This document shows positions 55,615 through 64,000 of a stretch of 64,000 nt of DNA, piece after piece. Source of the stretch: Octopus sinensis. Lineage: Eukaryota. The DNA lies in the NCBI RefSeq assembly GCF_006345805.1, contig NC_043002.1:52576001-52640000 (forward strand), written 5' to 3'. The notes beneath the pieces are model-generated. The model searched no databases and was not told the DNA's origin. It saw only the letters and a list, made by a program, of their open reading frames with translations. Numbering within the stretch: position 1 is the stretch's first letter; the number at the start of each line of letters is the position of its first letter. The position numbers were made by a program, and so were the translations under genes.

Positions 55615-55810
55615 GTATATGGGTGCCATTTCTTACGAAGGTAATCATGAAATGAATGCAAGAATGTCTAAAAAGATTTGAATAGTAATAATGCGTGAAA
55701 AATAAAGTGTTTTTTCAAAGAAGCTAAAGTTACTTGTAAAGAAATCATAAATCAACCAACTACAATGCTAGGGAATTCCTTTCAAAGAAAGCACTTAATA
55801 ATTTATGGAA

Positions 55811-55856
55811 GGCTTGAATACATACAGGAACCCAGGTTCCTGTATGTATTCAAGCC
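55811..55856. repeat. Perfect 22-bp inverted repeat with 2-nt spacer
   Basis: ggcttgaatacatacaggaacc-ca-ggttcctgtatgtattcaagcc. Confidence 0.95.
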
Positions 55857-56176
55857 ATGAACGGTAACATTAAAAAATAATGAAATACATAAACCGCCCA
55901 GTACAAACGTATGCAACCACCTAAGAACATGCATGCAGGCATATTAAATGTAAGTAACGTCCTAAATATGTAGATATTTGTCGCCCATAAGTTCAGCCAG
56001 GATTATCTTGAAGGTGCTCAAAACAAAGTAGAAGCAAATATGAGAAGCTGAAAAAAACTTTTATACATTAGGTACCAAAAGGATTTTATTGTAGACCACT
56101 TGTTCATTATTCGATAGGAATAATAATTACACTAGTTTCAGCACAAATACCGAGTAGCATAATAATGATAATAATA

Positions 56177-56212
<36 letters not shown>

Positions 56213-56289
56213 AATATCCTGATGCAGTACTATAGATGCCTTGATGCTGTACCATAGATGCCCTGATGCAGTACCAATGCTCTGATCCA

Positions 56290-57000
56290 TTTAAAATGTC
56301 AAAGTGGTGTAAAAGCTGTGTCAGGCAGTTCCTTCCACCAGGAAAACCGCGCAGATTGGGATCTGAGAAATGACTTTTCTTTAGGAATGCAGTTATTCTT
56401 GATCCCAAGACTCTCCCACATATTTTGAAGACATCAGAAGTTGACGAGATTGGATGATAATTCGCTAGGAGCGATTTATTTCCTTTTTCAAAAAAACTGG
56501 GATGGCCGACTGGAAGAGAAAGTTTTGGAGGATAAAGCCTACGTCTAATGATTTCCTCCAGAGAGTTACAAGTTGCTGCGTACACTTCTTCAGCACTCTG
56601 ACGGGGAACCTGTCAAGACCCACTTCTGAATCAGGTTGGATTTCGTTTATTGCTGATATACTAAGATGTCAGCCACGGGAGAGTTTGTTGGGGATTTAAA
56701 TAAACAAAAGTTGAGTGCATGAAGGTCATCGAAAAACAGAGCGGTATTGCTTCTGCAACATCTCTGCCATGTCTTTGGCATCGATATGAAGGATGCTATT
56801 TCCGTCAACCATTAGGCCAATAGACCAAACTGTGACCCTATTTGTTTATGCAAAGGAATAAGATAACTTAGGATTGTGTTTAATTTTTTCAATGGCCGAG
56901 TTTTCTTCCGCTCTTTGGTTGTTTATGAAGGTTCTCATACAACCCTTCTTTTGCTGCTTCTTTGATGTGAGGATACTGCTGACGGTGGTATTTTTGGAGA
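56290..57000 (-). pseudogene. Degenerate CR1-group LINE ORF2 fragment
   Basis: KGNKSLLANYHPISSTSDVFKICGRV...GFPGGRNCLTQLLHHF (NYRPISLTS and QHGFR..RSCLTQLL motifs). Confidence 0.8.
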
Positions 57001-57214
57001 TTGATATTTTGGTTTATTTTTTTATTCTCCTGTTAATTGTGTTTTTCACTTTTGGAACCCTGCATTTACTCTTATTCACGAGTCGTATTATACTGTCTCC
57101 TCTTTCCTCTTTAAAGTATAATAAATATGCACTCTATAAAAAGACTCGAATAATTCTTCAGTTTAGTGTTAGATTGTTTTTATTATAATTCAACATAAAA
57201 ACGTATGTTATATA

Positions 57215-57444
57215 TTTCTTTACTACTCACAAGGGGCTAAACGTAGAGGGGACAAACAAAGACAGACAAAGGGATTAAGTCGATTATATCGACCCCAGTA
57301 CGCAACTGGTACTTTATTTATCGACCCCGAAAGGGATGAAAGGCAAAGTCGACCTCGGCGTAATTTGAACTCAGAACGTAACGACAGACGAAATACCGGT
57401 AAGCATTTCGCCCGGCGTGCTAACGTTTCTGCCAGCTCGCCGCC
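57215..57444 (-). mobile_element. SINE family B monomer with TSD
   Basis: TSD aacgtatg[t/a]tatatatt at 57200-57216 and 57445-57461. Confidence 0.92.
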
Positions 57445-57758
57445 AACGTATGATATATATTATCGGCCACACACGGTCGATTTATGTACCCTTATTGTTC
57501 GCCGGTAGGCTGCGGGCAAGCACGGTGAGAATGACACTCTCAAAGCGCCGATGAACAAGCAAAGCACATACATTGAGTATGTGTGGTCAATAATGTTTAC
57601 AGCACTAGCGCTGCTTATTATATATTGATCATTCATTTTTATACTTTTTGAGATCTAGTTATATGTTTTATAAAAATATGTATTACTTGTTATTTATATT
57701 TTGGTTTATGTCTATCACTGTTTGAGTTGCATAATAGTGGTTTTATCTCTAATTTATA

Positions 57759-58127
<369 letters not shown>

Positions 58128-58496
58128 GGGAATGGAGTGGAGTGTGCATGTAAGCATGTATACCAAATGTACGAGAGTATTTTTTTATACTGACGACCTT
58201 AAGTTTTATGCTGCAGATGACAAGCAAATACAATAAACGGCTGTAGAGGGTAAACTAATTTAATTGATATTAGTTCGAAGCAGGAAAATGGGCCAGACAC
58301 TGAAGGTTGAAGAAAAATATCATTTAGAATATTACCGTCATTGTAGATGGGCAAACATATAGGAGAATTACACCAAACACAGGCATTCAAATATTTGGGA
58401 ATCAATGAGAAACATACAGCTCACATATATGAACAGTTAGGAAAGAATGTTATAGACTGATATGCATTAGGTTGATACTTATTTCGGAGCCGTATT

Positions 58497-58596
58497 NNNN
58501 NNNNNNNNNNNNNNNNNNNNNNNNNNNNNNNNNNNNNNNNNNNNNNNNNNNNNNNNNNNNNNNNNNNNNNNNNNNNNNNNNNNNNNNNNNNNNNNN
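58497..58596. other. Assembly gap (100 N)
   Basis: Run of N; the true distance between the two sides is unknown. Confidence 0.99.
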
Positions 58597-60103
58597 AGCA
58601 CCACCGTTGACTGAGCTACACCGTTATTTGAAACCTCCTCTGATATGGGACATTTTGTCCTTGAGAGAGTTTGATGCTGCTGCCCTCATTTCTATTTCCT
58701 GCCGTGAGGTAGGCTCGTCTGGAACCCGTAATAGGAAGAGGTCCAGTTTTGTTTTGAAGACCCCTATATCCACACCATGCTGGTCTCTCAGTCATTTTGG
58801 AAGGATATTAAAGAGCTGTGGGCCCTTGAAACCCAAGCTTTTGAAGTATCTGGTCCTGTATTTTGATGGCGATGCTGGGATCTTTAGCTCTATGCAGTGG
58901 TGCCCCGTTCTTCAGTTTGAGTAACTTTCAATGCCAAAGTTTGGTACAAAGCCTTCTAGGATTTTCCAGATGTATATCACTGCATATCTCTCCCGCCTTC
59001 GTTCCAAGGAGAGGAGTTTTAATTCTTTTAGTATTTCCCAGAAACTGATAAGTTGCTTCACGACGATTTTCTTAGTGCAACTTCGTTGGATTGTTTCGAG
59101 TTCCGCCGTGGTGACCACAGTTGGGAGCAATAGTCTAAGAGGCTCAGAACGTATGTCCTCCAAAGGATCATCAATGTCTTCTTTTTTCTTGTTTTCAAAG
59201 TTCGGAGGATCCAGCCAACCAGCATTTTACCAAATTGGTAATATGCACTTGGAAAGATACATTATTGATAATGTCAATGCCCAGGTCACGCACTGATTTT
59301 GATTTGGGATTTCTATTCCTCTTGAGCCAGTATAACCTATCAGCATGTCGTTTAGCTTCGTGTGCTGGTAGCGTAGGGTCTGGAATTTTCCTGCATTAAA
59401 CTGCATGTTGTTGCCATCAGCCCACCTGTATATTGCGTCCAACTCCCATTGAAGATGTGCAATATTTTGTATTGTCTGAGAGACTTTTGTGTCATCTGAA
59501 TAGCTAGCAAGGTGGCTATCTGAGCAGCCGGGGGCATGTCTGAGAGGGCCACTATGAACAGCAGTGCCCCCAAGAGAGTGCCCTGTAGAACGCCGCTTGC
59601 TATTTGTGTTTCCTTGGTGATGGCTCCATTGGCCACTACTGCCTGACGTCTATCCTTTAGAAAGTTGTGCAGCCATTCTCCAAGTTTTCCGCATATGCCG
59701 AGATCGTATAGTTTGTGACATATCATACCATGGTCAATTTTACCAAAGGCTTTTGCAAAGTCAACATATATCACATCTACGCTCGAGTCATTCTGCAGCT
59801 GTTTTAACACCGAGTCATAGTGTTGCAGGAGCTGTGTCAAACAGCTTCTACCTGGACGAGACCCATGCTGGGTGTCAGTCAGCAAGTCATTTTCTTCTAG
59901 GAACGTGATTAGTTTCTTGCAGAATATTTTTCCAAGACTTTACTGATGTGTAAGGTCAGAGAGATAGGTCTATAATTTTTAGCATCTTCTCTGCTTCTTC
60001 CCTTATGGACAGGGCACATTCTCCCTTTCTTCAGTTTGTCTGGGAGTTTACCACTTGCAAGGAAGCTCTGGAAAAGAAGCTGCAATGGTTTTGTAAGAGC
60101 TCA

Positions 60104-60105
<2 letters not shown>
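58597..60105 (-). pseudogene. CR1-group LINE ORF2 (reverse transcriptase), frameshifted
   Basis: QHGSRPGRSCLTQLL, VDVIYVDFAKAF, SGVLQGTLLGALLF, shifted YSDDTK, WADGNNMQFNAGK, LLSLERRRERY. Confidence 0.92.
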
Positions 60106-60140
<35 letters not shown>

Positions 60141-60144
<4 letters not shown>

Positions 60145-62112
60145 CCGGGGAAACGTACCAACAGGTGTCCGGGGTCGCGATGGGAACTAGGATGGGCCCC
60201 AATTTCGCCAATCTCTTTCTTGGCTACATTGAGGCCCAAGTATTCTCCCAGTTCTCTGGGCCGACCCCCGAACTATACGGTCGCTATATAGACGACTGCA
60301 TAGGTGCCACCTCCCTTTCCCGTGAACTTCTCTGCCAATTCATCTCTTTCCTTTCCAACTTTCACCCCTCTCTTCAATTCACCTCCACCATCTCCAACAC
60401 CTCTGTCAACTTCCTTGACATCTCTCTCCGAATCGACCACCCCTCCAACTCTCTCACCACCACCGCCTTCTTTAAACCTACGGACTCCCACCTCTATCTC
60501 AACTTCTCCTCCTCCCACTCCTTCCACACCAAACGAGCCATCCCCTACTCCCAGTTCCTCCGCCTCCGACATTTGTGCAGCCGCGACCAGGATTTCGAGA
60601 CCCAATCTCAATACCTGGCCCGCCTGTTCAGACTCCGAGGTTACCCACCCATACTCATCTCTAATGCCCTCACCCGCGCCCGTCGCATCGACCGCACCAC
60701 CGCCCTTCATACCTACTTCAGACATACACACACAGAGACATACACCCATACACTCACACTCACACGCATATACACACACACATACACACGCACACGCACA
60801 CATACACACACACACACCTACATACATACATTACCCTTGTACACACACACACATTCATACACACACACACCTACACAGCCATACCTTCACTCATACATAC
60901 ACACATACCTACACACACACACAAACACACACAGACACACACCCATACATACATACACCTATTCACACACGCCTACACACATACATACACACATACATAA
61001 ACACACACACATACACATACACATACATACGCACACACACATATACTTACACACATGCACACACACACACATACATACTACATACACCCACACACATACA
61101 CACACACATACTTACATACTCCTATACGCACATACATACACACAGACATACACACATACACACTCACACATACCTACACACATACTTACACACACACTCG
61201 CCTGCACGCGCACACACATGCATGACAAACACCCATACACTCACACTCACATACACACACACCAACATATACACGCACACGCACACATACACGCACACAC
61301 ACACCTACACTCCCACACACATACATACGCACCTACATACACACACACACGCATACACACGCACACACACGCATACATACGTATATTACATACGTACACA
61401 CACAACTACATACACATGCATACACACACACACACAAACATACACGGACACACCCATACATACATACATACATACACCTATACACACACGCCCCAACCTC
61501 ACCCCCTTCCCCCTCCTTTTCCACCCCTCTACCCTACCCCTTCGTCGCAAGATACTACGTGCCTTCCGTCGCCTCCAGCTTGATCCCACAACCCGCCCCA
61601 TTTTCCCTAACCCACCCCTGTCCTCCTTCAAACGAGCCCGGAATCTACGTGACCTCCTGGTCCACAGCACCCTCTCTCCTTCCCCCTCAGCCCCACACGG
61701 ATCATTCCTTTGCTCTAGATCCCGCTGCAACACTCGCCCCTTCATCACCAACACCACTGCTGTCACCGGCTCCAACCGGCGAACTGTACGTATTAGGCAC
61801 TCTTTTACGTGCACCTCGTCTGGCCTCATTTACTGCATTAAATGCAACCTATGCGGGATGCTGTGTGTAGGACAGACGGGACGCCGGTTGTCCGACCGAT
61901 TTACAGAACATTTGAGGGACGTTCGCCTACACTTTTTTTCTCCCGTCGCACGCCACTTCCGCTCGGCCAGCCATTCCCTAGATGACATCTCAGTGTTTGG
62001 TCTCGCCCCCCACAATGGTCGTCCACTTTCTAGGCTCCACTTGGAGCAACGCTACATCTTCACCCTACAAACCACTACCCCACACGGACTTAACACAGCC
62101 CCCTCCTCCTAA
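60141..62112 (+). pseudogene. Penelope-like element (Neptune-type) RT + GIY-YIG endonuclease, 5'-truncated and interrupted
   Basis: YQQVSGVAMGTRMGPNFANLF, RYIDD, FLD, KPTD..YL..SSSH, IPYSQFLRLR. After the insertion: KRARNLRDLLV, Cys-rich linker, LIYCIKC..CGMLCVGQT.R.LSDRF.EH, VARHF, GLN*. The YIG Tyr and one linker Cys appear mutated. Confidence 0.93.
60708..61488 (+). repeat. CA/CATA-rich block duplicated at 62881-63648
   Basis: Unique anchors (catacctacttcagac, cattacccttgtac, cagccataccttcac, catgcatgacaaacaccc, cacggacacaccc) occur in the same order in both copies. Confidence 0.9.
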
Positions 62113-64000
62113 GGTTTTTTTCCGGATAACACCCCCCCCACACACACACACCTACCTACATCCCACACGCCTGTTCACACACACATACTGATACATATCT
62201 ACGTACATACATTCACACATTTAATCACACATACTTATAGACATACATGCACACACTAACATACAAACCAACATGCACATACATACACACATACATACAT
62301 GCACACACACATACATACTTACACACACACACACACAGACATACATACATACATACACACATACATACGCACATACATACACACACACACACACACACAT
62401 CGCACATACATACTTCACACACCTATACTTACATACATACACACACATGCACACATACATGTACGCACACACACATACATACATACATACCCACACATGC
62501 ACACCTTTACACGAATGCACACACACATACACCTATTTGCACCCAGGCAGCCCCCCCCCCCTTTCTGGTTTGATGGATCCTCGGTTCCGGTGGAGCGGGT
62601 TGTTCGGGGCCCCCGCGCGCGCACGCCTTGGCGCGGGCGGAGGGGTGGACGGCCCCATGGGCTTGCGTTGTATTGTTTGTGTGTTGTGTGTGTGAGCGTG
62701 CTTCGTGTGTGTGGGCGTGCTTCGGGTGTGTGCGTGCGTATGTATACATACATACCCACACACACGCATGCATCCCTACCCACATACATACACGCACACC
62801 TACTCACACACACACATACACACACACATACACACACACACACATACCCGCGCACACACACACATACATACATACACACACATACCTACTTCAGACATAC
62901 ACACACACAGACATACACCCATACACTCACACTCACACGCATACCACACACACATACACACGCACACGCACACATACATCACACACACACCTACATACTA
63001 CATTACCCTTGTACACACACACACATCATACATACACACACACACCTACACAGCCATACCTTCACTCATACATACACACATACCTACACACACACACAAA
63101 CACACACAGACACACACCCATACATACATACACCTATTCACACACGCCTACACACATACATACACATACATAAACACACACCACCACACATACACATACA
63201 TACGCACACACACATATACTTACACACATGCACACACACACACATACATATACATACATCCCCACACACATACACACACATACTTACATACTCCTATACG
63301 CACATACATACACACAGACATACACACATACACACTCACACATACCTACACACATACTTACACACCACACTCGCCTGCACGCGCACACACACATGCATGA
63401 CAAACACCCATACACTCACACTCACATACACCACACCCAACATATACACGCACACGCACACATACACGCACACACACACCTACACTCCCACACACATACA
63501 TACGCACCTACATACACACAACACACGCATACACACGCACACACACGCATACATACGTATATTACATACGTACACATGCATACACACACACACAAACATA
63601 CACGGACACACCCATACATACATACATACATACACCTATACACACACGCCTACACACCTACATACACACACATGCATACACACACATACACGGACACACC
63701 CATACAAACTTACATACATACACCTATACACACACGCCTACACACCTACATACACACACATGCATACACACACACACATGTACGCACATACACACACATA
63801 TACGCACATACATATATACCTACACACATGCACACACACACACACACACACATGCATGCATGCATGCACACGCGCAGTACGCATACATGCATACATGCAT
63901 ATACACACAGACACGCACGTACACACACATACATACACCCATACACATACATGCATCCTACACACACAGACATACACACTCACACATACATACACACACA
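62113..64000 (+). mobile_element. CA-rich region downstream of the Penelope ORF (putative 3' UTR/pLTR)
   Basis: Follows the stop codon directly; degenerate (CA)/(CATA) sequence continues to the window end. Confidence 0.55.

Noticed and set aside
60705-61489. Intron (sense or antisense) within the Penelope ORF
   Set aside because: No sense GT donor. Removing the antisense GT..AG candidate does not restore the RT-to-GIY-YIG frame, and the block is a copy of downstream sequence.
62113-62700. SECIS element or selenoprotein-type Penelope
   Set aside because: No in-frame TGA in the ORF and no AUGA..AA..GA stem seen; the domain order is RT then endonuclease.

Overview
Eukaryotic, AT-rich, microsatellite-saturated intergenic or intronic DNA. 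The repeat landscape (dense (TA)n/(CA)n/(GATA)n/(TAA)n, several tRNA-derived SINE families, Penelope-like elements, Dong/R4, CR1-type and RTE LINEs, mariner, maT, Helitron) looks most like an octopus or other coleoid cephalopod genome; this is inferred from pattern recognition, not from a database search. No intact host gene can be supported, and nearly all supplied ORFs are translated microsatellites. Well-supported features are: a full-length but frameshifted mariner (30226-31493); a DD37D maT remnant; a non-autonomous Helitron; CR1-type, RTE and Dong LINE fragments; many SINEs; a 5'-truncated Neptune-type Penelope element (RT + GIY-YIG, from 60141); and a 100-N gap. The most interesting signal is a set of Penelope-derived terminal repeats carrying minimal hammerhead ribozymes. 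Several form tiny fold-back elements with a recurring [inverted arm][arm + unpaired tail] layout. Also notable: SINE trimers inserted as single TSD-flanked units, SINEs with swapped heads and tails, and a Penelope ORF interrupted by a copy of its own 3' region.
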